NCBI GenBank assembly: GCA_964035545.1
Contig: OZ037765.1
Span: 32,363,504 to 32,427,503, forward strand
DNA: 64,000 nucleotides
Direction: 5' to 3'
DNA from: Bugula neritina
Taxonomy: Eukaryota > Animalia > Bryozoa
Shown here: piece by piece, positions 41,595-55,767 of the stretch
Layout of the letters: every line of letters begins with the position of its first letter
Position numbering within the stretch: the stretch's first letter is position 1
Translations under genes and position numbers: made by a program
Notes under the pieces: generated by a model
Told to the model about the DNA's origin: nothing
Seen by the model: only the letters and a program-made list of their open reading frames with translations
Database searches by the model: none

Positions 41595-44500
41595 CTACTT
41601 CTCGTCAATAGAAACAGATACAGAGCTTTCGGGTTCAGAAGCTAAAGAAGCAAAAGTAATAATTTTCCTTCAATTTAATGTAAAAACAAGAAGTTATGTA
41701 CAATATTCCAGCAATAAGTTTACTCAGTATAGTCTGTGTGGTGTAATAGTTAGCGCACCTGTTTTCAAGCTGGATGTCTCGGGTTCGAATCCCAGTGCAT
41801 GCATGGAGGCAAGTTTTATATTAATCAAACCGTATATTGCAATATATAGTAGTATTAAAATCAATACAAAGTCCTGCCTTCTAATAATCTAGAATCTAAA
41901 TAATTTACAGCAAATATTTTGTGACAAGAACTATGCATAATGGGTTTAGAATAAAACTTTATTGAAATTTTTTCATGCTGCTAGCCCTTGACTATTATAG
42001 TACCAGCAAATTGGCCACCTTTGATATGTGTTCTATAATAGATCAACATATTACTAGGATACCGTGCGTAATAGAAAAAGTATGTTTAAAAGTTGCACTT
42101 CTAATTCCACTTCAATGATTTAACAACAGCTTGTCATTATAGTAAAAGCTTAAGGATGAAAGTGAATAAATGACTTAACATTTTGTTGCTATACTGGGTA
42201 ACACTTAGGGTTGGTATACATAATAAATAAATAAATAAATAAATTACTATGTAATTAACATATATAACTTTATAGTGCGCAGAGTATAGCTGTGTACTTC
42301 AGCTCTAGCTAAAGCCGTTATAGCATCTTCTGAGTTTTCAACATTTTAAAACTTTAATAGAAGTAAAAATGCTGCTCTATGGCATAAACTAAAGAAGTTG
42401 TATTCAAAAGTTGACTCATTAAACTAATATACAGAGTTTTCATAACATAGGATATAGAGTTGATTTTGTGTTTAGAGAAAAGTTGTGTCACCTGAGTCTT
42501 CAGCCTTTATCTCTCCACTATCACCAGAAGGAAAGTCATTTGACAATTCTTCTTCACCTTCCCAGTGTAGCTCTACTAGGGACAGATATATAAGAGCTCC
42601 CAGAATGGCTCCAATGTGGGGGCCAACAATAGGCACCCAGAACCAGTTGTAGTTTCTAAAGCTACAAATAGGAAGACAACTCTTACTAGTATCAAAATTC
42701 TATAACATAAGTATTCCATACCGCAAGCCCGATTATTAATTAAATTTTTTTTAAGACTTCTGTATACACAAAGCCATTGGATAAAATTGAAAATGCTAGC
42801 TTAGTAAGCACATGGTCAGTAAAAGCCACTGGTAATGTTAGAAAGAGGATCCAGTCATGCCTGAGCTTTTGTCACAATATAGAACAAGCCCTTAGCTCAC
42901 TCTAAAAATAACCTTTTCTATAAAAGGGGGAAAGGGTTCTCATAGGAACGAGTACCATAAACCCAAGTAAGTTAGATAAAAATGAATTATACTAATAAAA
43001 ATGTCAGTCTGATTGAAAGAGTCTGCTTCTTTATCTGTTTAAAAAAACTATAAGATTTGACTGCATTATTAACTTCAATTCTAGAGCTTTTAACATCATG
43101 CAGAATCATAAGACTTACTTTTCAGCAACATCACAAATTATGTTGCTTGCACTAAGACTATGACACCTAAAGCTAGTCACTAAAACTAATTTAATTGCCT
43201 ATTTATGACACGCACAATATACAAATAATTGCTAAGTTTGCCTGCAGTGGTGAGAGTTTTAAGAACTTCACATCACGCCTTCAAGTCTCCTCTGAAGTCA
43301 AGTTATTAATAACTCTAGACAGAAATAGTTGGTTGTTGAATGGCACGAACTAGAAGGCTGTATTTTATTTATCTATAGTGTGCAATATATAATTAAATAG
43401 TATATCAGTTGTTTCAGATGTTGTCTAGAACTGCAAACCTGATTGCTGAGTGAACTTACGAGAAGACATCAGTGCCCCAGCCTGCCAGAGCTGTGAATAT
43501 TCTAGGAGAAAGATCTCTGGCTGGGTTGATGGCAGCACCACAGTTGTATCCGTATGCTGCACCAATTGCAAACACAGCTAGTCCAACTAACACTGGTACT
43601 AGAAACTTGGGTACGTCAGCATTACGTTTGTCTGTGATAGCCATGATTGGCAGCAGCAGCAACATTGTACCCACAATCTGGCAGCAAAAGAAATTTCATA
43701 TAGTAGTATATAATGCTTTCAGCAACATAACTATTATTACTTTTATTGCCTAATATTTTAGTAATAATGTTTAATTTATTTTAAGCAAACTCATTTAAAT
43801 GCAAAGTGGCTTATATAGACTATAAGCCTAGGGCCACACGGTGCGTATTTTCGCATGCGAAACTTGAAATCACAAGTAGCAAAGGTGTCCACTGTGCGCA
43901 TTGAGAAAACATTTGCACTTGTCACTCAGCATTCTCAACGCAAGTGCGAATCGTCTCTGTCGTCGTTACCTAATTGGCTGGTGATTATTCAACGAGCCCA
44001 ATTTCTTTATTTTAGTGCTACATTCCAGTAAATTGTGTTTTATTGAAAGCGAGTGCGATTTAAAAATGAAAGCTTTATTTGTCACGCATCACTGACGCTA
44101 CAGTGGACACCTTTGCTACTCATGATTTCAATGTTCGCATGCGAAAATACGCACAGTGTGGCCCTAGACTATTGTAGTAACAATGTATCTTGTATTATAA
44201 TAAAAAGAGTCAATGGGCTTCCCCATTAGATTAGTTTAAAATTTAGCCTAAGTGACTATATACAAGTAAGTCAGTTTTAAACATTTATTTTATGTTTTAC
44301 ATAAGAGCTAGAAAATCAATTGTTTATTTAACCAAACTATAAGGTTACATTAAAAGTTATCCCTCTCACCTGGTCAACCAAACCTTCTGTTGCTGAGAGA
44401 AATTCCTGAGGATATGTTGAGAATATTCCGGCAGTTGAGTTGGCTAGAGTTGGGTCTGTCAACTTCACTCCTCCAGAATAGTTTTCAATCGCCTCTGCAA

Positions 44501-47500
44501 TGTTTATAAAAAGCACCTAATTGTACAGAAAGTGTGTTAGTTTATCTGTATTTAGTATGTTTTCTTCATAACCTGAACACCATTTCTGCAATATTCTTTG
44601 ATTTAGACACTCTAAAGAGTTTCAGAAATAAAATATTGGTATTTAAAAATGTTAACTTAGTACCAATGAAGACAAAGTTCTATCTCAAACTCACCAAAAT
44701 ATACGAGGTAGACTATAGCCGTCCCAACAAAAGCTCCCAGGTACTGGGCTAACATATAAACAGGTAACAACTTCCACTGCAACCGACCAATCAGAGCCAT
44801 GGCTAACGAAATTGCGGGATTAATATGTCCGCCTAACAATAAAGTAACAGTAAGTTTGAACTGCATTTTTTCTTTACACATAGCTCCTCAAATATGTATG
44901 ACCATACCTAATAAAGTTATACCTGAAACATTGATTGAGGTCAGAATTCCTATCATGACGGCCATACCCCACGCCCAGTTAGTTGATGTGAAGGTACCAT
45001 AAGCTGTGTGACTCGTCACTGACTGTACAATTGATCCAAGTCCAAGTACCTGGAATATGAACTGGTCAATATATAGGAATCTAACAGTATCTGCGGTGCC
45101 TAGGCATTCTTTGAGTACAACAACATGCACTATACATGTTATGCAAAAACTATTTATGTATTTGTCATGCTGGTGAGAATTATATCCTATTTCAAATTAA
45201 TGTGTTATTTAGTGCTAATACTACTAAGAGGTTTATATAAGATATTATATAATAATACTCTCATTAGCTTCTCCATACTTAGATTTGACAAAAAATTATC
45301 TTATAAATGCTTATAAAAAAATTGATTCATTTTACTATGAGTTCTGAAATTGATACTCCCTCAACTTTTTCTATTACAATTAATATCATTTAAATTGTAT
45401 ACAAATGTTCAAGTTTGATTAATATGCTTAAATTCTTGGTGAAAAAGTGTCACTGCTTTTTACACTTTGGTTATAGTTTAATAATTTCTTAAAGAATTGT
45501 GCATTATAAGCTTGCATTTGAAAACCTGCTCTCCCTATCTTCTAACTTTTATTTTTACTTAAAAAAATTGTTGCAAATAACTGCCAATAAGATAGTTGTA
45601 AACTGCATTTGTGTGTAAAAAATTTTCTCTTTAAAAGATAGCGATTATTTTGTTAATGTATTAGACGTTTTTTGCTAATTGAACTTGCTTGTGGCAAATA
45701 CATGGTAATAAAACCTCTCTAAAAGCTGCTTTCATCTTAAATTATAGAAGTAATAATTTAAACAGTTCATATATCATGTTATGTGATTATATAATGTACT
45801 TTATTAAAACAGTCATCCATGACTGAGTCATTATAGTTAAGCCAGCAGAAGGAAATATCTTATGCAATAATTCTGATGTCAGTGATTGCATCACTGCATG
45901 CACCTCTTACATCAGTAAGACCAGTGAACTTGTAATTGAGAAGCAACCATGTGCACCTAGCTCTAAGTACCTATATGACCTTCAAGGTAGGCTTAAAGGT
46001 GCTAATGTTTGACCATATAACACATTATCTAAATTATATAAGTTGGCAGTAAAATTATACAATTTCATCTAGTTAGGACCCAAATAAACAACTGTTGATA
46101 ATATGCTGTAGCCTCAACTTGACTTTGAATAATGCTTTGTATACTCAATATAGGGTTTGTGATGAGTATATAGTATATAATGTCTCACTTTTATTTAGTT
46201 TCATAGAAATACAAGAATATAACCAATTCAGCTTATTTCTTTACGTGACTGAAGTGTATGGATTCATGTTCACAAAGGTGGCCATATTTCGTTATCAGTT
46301 TTTATACAATCCAAACCATCATTTAACAACCACGCATATTATGTATGATCCTGAGATAGCATTTGTCACAAATATCGTACAAAAAATAAATTGAAATGCG
46401 CTGCACTGGAACAAAGTCAGAAGAAAAAACAAATTATAATTAATGTATTTGCATAATGCAATTTAAGACATGAAAGGAGGACACTATTTTTGCCGTAAAT
46501 CTTTAACAATAAATTTGCTTTAGTGATTTCATCTTTCAGTATTGTGCGTAAGCAGGTTTCAGTACGGTCGTACTCTTCAATGAGATGCAGGTATTGAGCA
46601 ATTAAAATATGCGATATAAATCAGGGTATTTTTCTTTGCCTATGCCAATGACCTCGATGGTATTAGTATTTCAACATGGTCTATATTAGCTAACCTTCAC
46701 CATGATCACACAACTCCTAATCATTTTTAGTTGAATAACTTTTAAATTAGTGAAAGCTACTGCCCTTGTATCTATATTCTACATAGTGAATTGTTTCTAA
46801 GCTTAAATAATCCATTGCACACTTTTCTGAATAAGCATATTGAAATATTTATACACATCTAAGTGATCACCTACGGACATTTTGAGGGATTTATATATTT
46901 AAACAACTTTGGATAGAAAGATATTCTGTGCTCATGCCGCATACAACTAACATTTTCTGTAGACTTTTTTTTGGAGTTTGTGGTATAATTAAATTAATAG
47001 TTATTGCAACAATTTATTGCACACTATTAATCTTAGCTGCCTAATCATTGGGTAAAATTAATTTTTCAAAAACATATAATATTCAAATCTAAGTTTTAAT
47101 TCCGAATTAATTTTAACTAAATGATAAGATATTAACTTTTAAATTGCTCATTGCTAAAAATAGGATTTTTAATTTCATAATTTACCCTTAATTAGGCTAA
47201 TTAGTTAATACTTTATTATTTTTTATTATCAACTATATTCCACAAATAGGTTAATAATAAGTACAAAAATAGTATTTATTGACTGCTGTTATAATATTAT
47301 ATTATATATAATATATATTATTATATTATATAATTAGTTTTTCATATCATTATGCTATACATTTTATGATCTTATTGTTTTATAACATAGCACATAGTTT
47401 GTCATATTATAGCACATGTCATTTCATATAGCTTATTTAATCTTGATATATAATGTATATTTACTGATATTATAAATTTTGAATTTACAACTTTTGCTAA

Positions 47501-48475
47501 TGTATTTCTAAAGTGTGTATTATAATATGCATTACCCCAATGATTCAAAAACATTGATATCCTATATTGTATTATAGTATATTATAATATGTTACATATA
47601 GTAATATTATGTTGTTTAGCTGCATGCTTATTCATCATTTTATAGAATTATCTAATTTACTTATACTGTTTGCATAATATTGTTGGTAATACCTGAAAGC
47701 TATATAAATATTATATAGCTGTGCATGCTTTTAGAACTATGGTATATGTCATTACTTAATCTCTTAACTTTGCATATATAATACATAAATAATATGGTGC
47801 AATAAAAAATAGTATAATAATTATAAGTAAATATACGCATCATATAATATCATGAATATTGTAAATATATAAAATACAAAATAACATGTGATATATTATA
47901 ATAAAATATTTATTATAATATAAAGCAATAAAACAATAAAATTATTAGTATAATGTGAAAAAATAAAGTTATATAATTTATTATATATCATGATGTAATA
48001 TTAACAGCAGTCAATCAATATTAGTTTTTAGGCTAATAATTGCGATATTGAAAATATGAATTTAATGTACACAAAATATACATCACTTTGAGAAATTAAT
48101 AAAAACTCATTCAAGTTTATAGTCACCATCCCTGTGAGAAACCCCTGGTGGAAAGAGTTTTTGTTAAATCGGGCTCCAGACTTATTCAGATGAGGCAGAG
48201 GAGCAATTATGACTGAATGCTCTTCCTGACATCACTAATGGCCTTTGTCAGGGTTCGAACCCATGACTCCGCGTGCTTACCAGGCAAATGCTCTAACCCC
48301 TGGACAATGGCTGCTCCCTCACTTTGAGAAATTATTGCTGTTCATAATTCATGCCCACCATATTTAAAGGATGGATTTAAATAAAACTTACCAGAAGTAT
48401 GCATGTTCCAAGAAACTCAGCAAAAGCCACTCTGATTGCATAACTCTTTATTTTTAGAGCTGATATAGAAACCAT
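41595..48475 (-). CDS. Aquaglyceroporin C (AQP3/7/9/10-GlpF class MIP channel)
   Basis: Exons 48475-48392, 45049-44923, 44832-44695, 44494-44370, 43677-43460, 42661-42492, and inferred exon 7 at 41641-41595 ([15 protein letters not shown]). Without that splice it ends GDTTFL* at 42472. Motifs GGHINPAIS and GAAINPARD are intact. Confidence 0.92.
43825..44170. mobile_element. MITE with ~75-bp terminal inverted repeats in intron 4 of C
   Basis: AGCCTAGGGCCACACGGTGCGTATTTTCGCATGCGAA...GTAGCAAAGGTGTCCACTGT is mirrored at the right end. Paralogue B has the empty site (~32705). The TSD is ambiguous. Confidence 0.88.
48099..48318 (-). mobile_element. Full-length tRNA-derived SINE (family 2) in intron 1 of C
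   Basis: Perfect 16-bp TSD TCACTTTGAGAAATTA (48083-48098 and 48319-48334). The head reads GGGAGCAGCC...GGTTAGAGC...GGGTTCGAACCC (A and B boxes). B has a single-copy empty site (~37435). Related copies: 54237-54435, 54829-55007, 60955-60990, and degenerate ones at 31805-31877 and 42797-42865. Confidence 0.9.
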
Positions 48476-48923
48476 GTTGTCAACCACCTGTGTCACTTGT
48501 CAAGCAGCTTATGTACTCAAAAATGTCAGTTGTATGTTTAGTTTAAAAAGCACTTGTTTTCAACAACCTGCAGCAAGAGCAAGTGTCATGACACCTACAC
48601 GTGTGATCCTCTATCAACCAAAGAGACAGCAAGAGCAGGTACTTGTTTTTAGTAACCTGCAGCAAGAGCAAGTGTCGTAGAAGCTAAATGTGTGATCACA
48701 TTTTCCAACCATATTTCATGACTCATAATACACATGCAGCAATAATAATATTCTTATTATCAAACCATTTTTGGCACCATCAGCAAAAGAAGGTAATTCT
48801 TGAAAATATTGAAAACAATGTACAGGGTAAGACAACTAGATTGTTGCTATTCTCGGTTATTATTATTAATTATTTCTTAATCATATTTATTAATTTCTCC
48901 ATATATATATATATATATATATA

Positions 48924-48961
<38 letters not shown>

Positions 48962-49370
48962 TATAGCAGTTGAAAGAACTCAACACATCATTGTTAAGCA
49001 CTTATAGCTGACAATTCTATTTATACGACTTACTGTCAAATAATCCCTCATGCTAAGTTTCTTGTTCCTAGTTGACTATAATAATATATAAAGTCGATTC
49101 CTTAAAGCTCATGAGTTAAATACCCTTAAATAGACAATTCCCTGTCAATATTGCATTTAAAAAAAGCATGTCTAAAATAGACAATCTGCTATAAATCACA
49201 TTAACAAAACAAAGGGTTGCCACACAATGTTTAAATTTGAAAAACATGATATATTTGCTGAATAAGCATTTATGAGTAACTAGTCAAGTTGACACTCACG
49301 TATAGAAACTGAGTTAGTGATGTCAATGTTGAAAGGTGCTTTCACAAATTCACTTTCACTTTGGTATAAC

Positions 49371-49884
49371 GGTGCCATCCCAGATAGACGCTAGGCTAAA
49401 TTTCCCGCTTAGACGCTTCCCACATGGGCGCTTCCCACATGGGCGCTTCCCAGTTAATTGCTATTGGTTTTCTTTTATACATTTCTTGTGAAATTTAATT
49501 GAATATTATTGAAATATATGTATGTATTTAAATAAACCTGGATCAATTACTAGTTATTTAGCACATAAATAAATCCTTTTGATCTGCGTTAACTTATTAA
49601 TTTTGCATTTTTTATACTTCTTGTTTTTTGAAATGATGTTTTGCAATAAGTCTATTCATTAAAGATAATGTCTATTATTAACGTCTTACTGAAAATTGGA
49701 ATATTATTCCAGATAATTCATGTTATAGCTATTATAGCTATTAGCATATTAGCTATTTATATTTAGCAACCGGTACAACAGTTATATGTAAGTATAATGT
49801 AATATAATATGTATATTACTGAATCCGGTACCAAAATAATAAAAAATAGCGTCTAAATGGGAAGCGTCCAAGTGGGGTGAAACC
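49371..49884. mobile_element. Non-autonomous DNA transposon with subterminal 15-bp repeats, between C and D
   Basis: Ends GGTGCCATCCCA...TGGGGTGAAACC. Left-arm repeats GCGCTTCCCACATGG are mirrored by right-arm GGGAAGCGTC. Flanks are GGTATAAC and AGTATAAC (7/8 TSD match). Confidence 0.65.
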
Positions 49885-51393
49885 AGTATAACATATAAAA
49901 ATAAAAGATATAAAAAAGCCAACAAAGCAATATATAAACTCTGCATGGCTAACTAATAATTCATTTGTACACAGTGCTTTCTTTTTATACTAATTTAAGT
50001 CACTTGTTACAGCTGCATCGCCATTAAGTGTCTTCCCACTGGTTCAAGAAGTTACCTAAAGTAGATATGACAGTGCAAAAGTAACCCTATGAATTATTCT
50101 ACATTGCTATAAGCACTAACATTTCCTTAGTGCCATTCTAAAAATAAACATGCAATTAGACTAATCATTGAAGTGCCACATTTTAAATCAATTAAAATAT
50201 CATGGTTTAAATAAATGACTTAAAAAAAAACTTAATTTATAAAAGTTGTTTCACATTGGCAGAAATACAGAATGTTATTTTTAAAGCCTCAACTTCGAAA
50301 TAAACTGCCATGTTAATTATTTATTGCAGCTATTAGACGATTGAAACTTTAAAAAGCTTTTAACTATTGGGGACCAAAAATTTGACTGGAAAGCCTATAT
50401 ATATTTGTTTTTATTATTGCAACTATCATCATGTGTGTTATTTGTTTAGACTTGTAACCTTTTGGTTATTGCCACCTATAATTTAAATGCACTTGTAAAA
50501 CACTGCACTATACTCCAATCTTGTTTTGAAATGATGTTATGAAATGATAATATCTAATTCATGTTGAACTTGTTAATTTCAGTTTCCTGGTATTATAGCT
50601 ACAGGGTAGAAGTTACAATAAAGGCAGTTTTTGTGCTGCACCAGTAAGTTGGTAAACTATTCTAGCAGTAAAACTTTCAAACTACATCTACAGAGTTTTA
50701 AGAGGATCAAAATGGATTGATTCTGTCCGAGAGAGAAGTGAGCTAATGGGTTAGTAAACAAGTGTTGTGAGGTCATTGACATGCACGTATAGACCATGAC
50801 ATCAGAATGCTGGTAAGAAAGTTTAGAAAAATTGCGCAAGAGCCAATTATAGTACAATGCAGGTAGAAGATCTAATTATAATAACAAAGTGCAATTGCAA
50901 TGGCTAAGTTCATAAAAATAAAGGTATGGTGTGCCTAAACAAGCCACTTTAATGTAGCATAACAAGTAAGATGTAAGTACAAACAAGAATAAAGGCTATA
51001 GTGTAAAGTCCAAATAATAGATCATAGAAAAATGTGAAACGCAGATACAAATCACAGGCACATATTATAGATACTCTGAAAGTGTAATAATATTTTTATG
51101 AGCATTTAAAGTGAAATAATGATGGGAGTTTTGGCTAGTTAGTAATATGCTGTGGTGTTTGAGATCTTCATAACATAGACATAGTCTGATATGCAAGTAA
51201 TCGCATAGTCATGTGATCTATGCCTTATGACTTATCTATGAGAAGCCTCTATTATCTTTACACTAAGAGCAAAGGCTGGTATTACAAGGTCACAGATAAG
51301 CTAGAGTAGCTACTTGCTAATAGCACTGCAGTAACAAATCTTGAATGCACCAGAAAGCTGCAAGTTGCAAACTCAAAGAACTCGTCAGAGAGA

Positions 51394-54300
51394 ATGAGCT
51401 CAATCAGCGCAAAGTTGAGGATTCGGAATCAGTATGTGAGAGTGGCGTTTGCTGAATTCCTTGGAACATGTATACTAATTGTAAGCACTAATGAAAATAT
51501 AGAAACCTGTATTTACTATTTGTAGCAATTAACCTCCAATTTAAATGGTAATGTGCATGTGTATAGCTTACTATTTATTAGAAGCTTTAATTAAAATATA
51601 AATGTAAATTAAAACAAAGGTGTAAAGGCATATGCATATATTTTGTATTTATGGTAGGCTATATAAAATAAATTTGCTGTAAAACAGGATTATAACTTTG
51701 AACATAATCTAATTTTATCTAAGCTAGTAATCGTATTTTTTATATTGACGAACACAAAACATCGATTGTTTGCTATATGCTGCATATAGACTATAACAAA
51801 ATCAATAGTTTCAAGGTTTTATCCTTTTAAAAGTAATGATGTGATTTGCTTTGAATTTTGCCCCTAATTTCTTGTTCCTGTAACATTATTTTATTTGGTA
51901 CATGATTACAGATATTTGGAGATGGGTCAGTGGCCCAGTCAGTGACCAGCAGCTCATCAAAGGGAGAGTTTATATCCATCAACTGGTCATGGTGTATGGC
52001 TGTCATGTTTGGAGCTTTTAGTTGTGTGAATGTTTCAGGTATTTAAGTTCTAACTAATATAGAGTAATGGTATTCATTAAACTAATAGTTTATGTTAGTC
52101 TAGTATAAAAAGACACATGCATGACTCTACTTGGTGGAAAAATAATTTTATTTTCTTTATTGATGAGCACTTTTTACTTGTTATTGAGTGTTATAGGTTT
52201 TTCAAGCATAGAATAATTTGCAATTCTAATTGCATACAACATATTCACTACAAATTGGCTTGGTCTAATGCATGCTTGCAAGTATACTGAGCATAATTTT
52301 AGAGGCTGTGAATCACAATGGGCTATTAAAGAAATTATCTTACAAATATTTTGTTTTACTGAACGACGATAATCACACCAGTTAGTTTTTGTCTATTTCT
52401 TATGGATGATTCACAATATCAAAGTAAAAGTTTTGATGTTAAATTTGCTGTTTTGAATTGTAATTTACTAATAGGCTACAATTTAATTAACTAATACCTG
52501 AGAATGTTGAAGAAAAAGTAACTATAAATTGAATTTGAACTTCTACATTTTTAGAGTTTATGAAAACAAATTTAGTTATAATTATAATATTATAAGTGAT
52601 AATTTAAAGCATGTATGCTTAATAATAAATATAGTATTTTGTGCACACACCTACAGCAATAAGTTTACATTACTAAAATATTACCTTTATACAAATAGCA
52701 TTTGTAGAAATTAAGTTATAACCTTTATTCTAGCAAATTTGAGTTTGAAGAAACTAATACAATTAAAAAGTTTACTTAACAAGTGTCAAGTTATGTAGCT
52801 TTTGTTAAAATAAAAACAGATCTTATACAAATGATTTGAACCCTCCATTGCTAATTTGAACTTACTTGCAAGTTTGTGAAATAACTTTTAAACTATTGCT
52901 TTTCTGTTTTAGGTGGACACATTAATCCAGCAGTTTCTTTAGCCATGGCTCTGATTGGCCGATTAAAGTGGACACTATTGCCTGTCTATATGTTGGCTCA
53001 GTATCTTGGAGCTTTTGTCGGGGCATCTATTGTCTACCTCGTATATTTTGGTGAGTTTTTTGCAATGATATGAAAGAACTCTGTCATAAACTTTTCTGTC
53101 AATTGGACTATTAAAAGTTATTTCATTTATTGTATTAAGCCTTGAACAGAATTTTAGCAAATGACTTTTTTATAGTTTTCAAAAACTTCAAAAGCTAAAT
53201 TTTCTCAATATGTCTGCTACCTTCAACTTTCTATTTGGGTTTCGCTTACACAGAAGCTATTAAAAACTTTTCTGGCGGAGTGATGTTGACTGATCCAATG
53301 TATACGAATGCCACTGCCGGAATATTCTCAACATATCCTCAGAGCTATTTGACAGCTGGGGAAGGGCTGGCTGACCAGGTGACTTAAACCGTCCAATAAA
53401 ATATCACCTTTCAATTTATTTAACTTTTCATTCGAAGAGGTGTGAATTCAAAGCATAATTTTGGTTTCAACATTTTGCTGCCAGATTGTGGGTACTATGA
53501 TGTTGACGATATCCCTCATGGCTATAACAGACAAACGTAATGCTGACGTACCCAAGTTTTTAGTACCTGTGTTAGCCGGACTAACAGTGTTTGTGATTGG
53601 TGCTGCATACGGATACAACTGTGGATATGCCATCAACCCAGCCAGAGATCTCTCTCCCAGAATATTCACAGCTCTGGCAGGCTGGGGCACTGATGTCTTC
53701 TCGTAAGTTCATGCAGCGATCAGGCTTGCACTTCTAGACAACATCTGCAGCTAGATAAATAAAATGTAAATCAGCTTGCCTGCTTTCATGAACAATAAAT
53801 GCGTTATCATTATTTTGTGGGTATAAAGAATGTAAGCTGCATATTATACTTGCTAAGATATCTCGGTGTGTGTATATACAGCAGTTGCCTGGATAAATTG
53901 TTCCAATAATCCGAACTTCATTATATAGTGAATACCGGGAATACTGATGTGCAGAATACAAGGCATGGGGCATGCAGGCCTGTCTTTGAAGTTAACTATA
54001 CAGCTGCTAACATACCTGCTCCCCTACCACTATATACATTGTTTCTTCCTTCATTAACTGTAGTAATTATATAGCCCTAATTAGTGCTTCAGACTATTAG
54101 AAATAATCTTAGGTTATTCTATTGCTGTTTACTGCTCACCTAGATTGTAACTCAACCCATTCTTTTAGTAAAAATCTGAGCAATAATATAATTTATTATT
54201 TATTGTTCTAATGCATGATATATAAAAAGTTTATTATATAGTCACCATCCCTGTGAGAAACCCTTGTGGAAAATTTTTTTTGTTATATCAGGCTGAGGAC

Positions 54301-55594
54301 TTATTCAGATGGGGCACAGGAGCAATTATGGCTGGATGCTCTTCCTGACATCACTAATGGCCTTTGTCAGGTTTCGAACCCATGACTTAGTGCTTACCAG
54401 GCAAACGCTCTAACCCCTAGATCACAGCTACTCCCGAGGATATATATTGGGATAATATTCCGAATTGAGCAACTATTAACTTCCAGTCGATTAAGCCAAA
54501 GTTATAAATATGTTATAACCAAGAAGAAAAATTTTGAGTTACAAGAGTTTTGCAAGCTACACTTACAAAAATTGTTACAAGTGCTGATGAAAAAAGTAAT
54601 AGTTTCTTTAAGGTGTGGCTTTGCTTATGCTTAGCTCCCATCCTATTTAAGGGAGTTCCACAATTAATCTAGGGATAAATTTAGTGCATTGAAGTAGAGA
54701 TGTTATAAAGATAAAGTTAGTTTGTGAGATAGATTAGTTTAGAGCATATTTTGCTTAGTAATTGGTTTGTGAGATATATTAGTTTAGAGCATATTTTGCT
54801 TAGTAATTGGTTTGTGAGATATATTAGTTTAGAGCATATTTTGCTTAGTAAGCATGAAGTCATGGGTTTGAGCCCAACAAAGGTCATTGGTGATGTTAGG
54901 AAAAGCATCCAATCATAATTGCTCCTCTGCCTCATTTTGATAAGTCCTGAGCCTGATAAAACAACAACCTTTCCATCAGGGGTTCTCACAGGGATGGTGA
55001 CTATAAACTGTGAGGTAGATTAATAGATTCCGTTACAACTTTCTAGGATATGGGGAGTGTTTAGCGCAGAAGATGGTTTATGCACTTCAGTTAGGCTCAT
55101 GTGATTACTGCTCACGAGCGGATAGATAATGCCATGTGATTTATCTATCAGTATGGAATTCTTTATCTGTGTATTTGTGCAGATAACGTACTATATAATA
55201 TAACCTTAATATATGCAAATAGATATGTACTTAACCCAGACACTTGGTACTTAGCAAATTAGGTCTATGAAATAGTAGTTTAATTACCATGTGTGTATTT
55301 ATTAGTGGACTTATGGAATAAATCTTATTTAAAAGAAAATTGTAATCTATGTTTTAGTTTATAGTTTGCACTTTGAATGTTTATTTTTGTAGCTTTAGAA
55401 ACTACAACTGGTTCTGGGTGCCTATAGTTGGCCCCCACATTGGAGCTGTCCTGGGAGCTCTAATATATCTCCTGCTAATAGAATGTCACTGGGAGAGCGA
55501 TGAGGTCGGGCCAGCTGAGGCTCCTCATGTCAAGGTCAATGAAATATCAGGAGAAGACAATCCAGCTTTAGGTGAGAGTCAAACCAACTTGTAA
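51394..55594 (+). CDS. Aquaglyceroporin D (AQP3/7/9/10-GlpF class MIP channel), divergently transcribed from C
   Basis: Exons 51394-51480, 51912-52038, 52913-53050, 53254-53378, 53485-53702, 55393-55594 (ends GESQTNL*). A possible alternative splice runs from 55571 to 56119-56132 (DSEP*). Motifs [24 protein letters not shown] and [10 protein letters not shown]. Confidence 0.94.
54237..54435 (-). mobile_element. tRNA-derived SINE (family 2) in intron 5 of D
   Basis: Colinear with 48117-48318. Confidence 0.88.
54720..55007 (+). mobile_element. SINE (family 2) copy whose 5' junction is triplicated as a 45-bp tandem repeat
   Basis: 54829-55007 is the reverse complement of the 54237 copy. The unit GTTTGTGAGATATATTAGTTTAGAGCATATTTTGCTTAGTAATTG occurs three times at 54720-54852. 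Confidence 0.85.
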
Positions 55595-55674
55595 CAGCTG
55601 CTTGGTTATGCTACATGAAAGGGTCTTGGAGAGATAACTCCGAAGCAATCTGTGATAAACTATAGTATTACACC

Positions 55675-55767
<93 letters not shown>

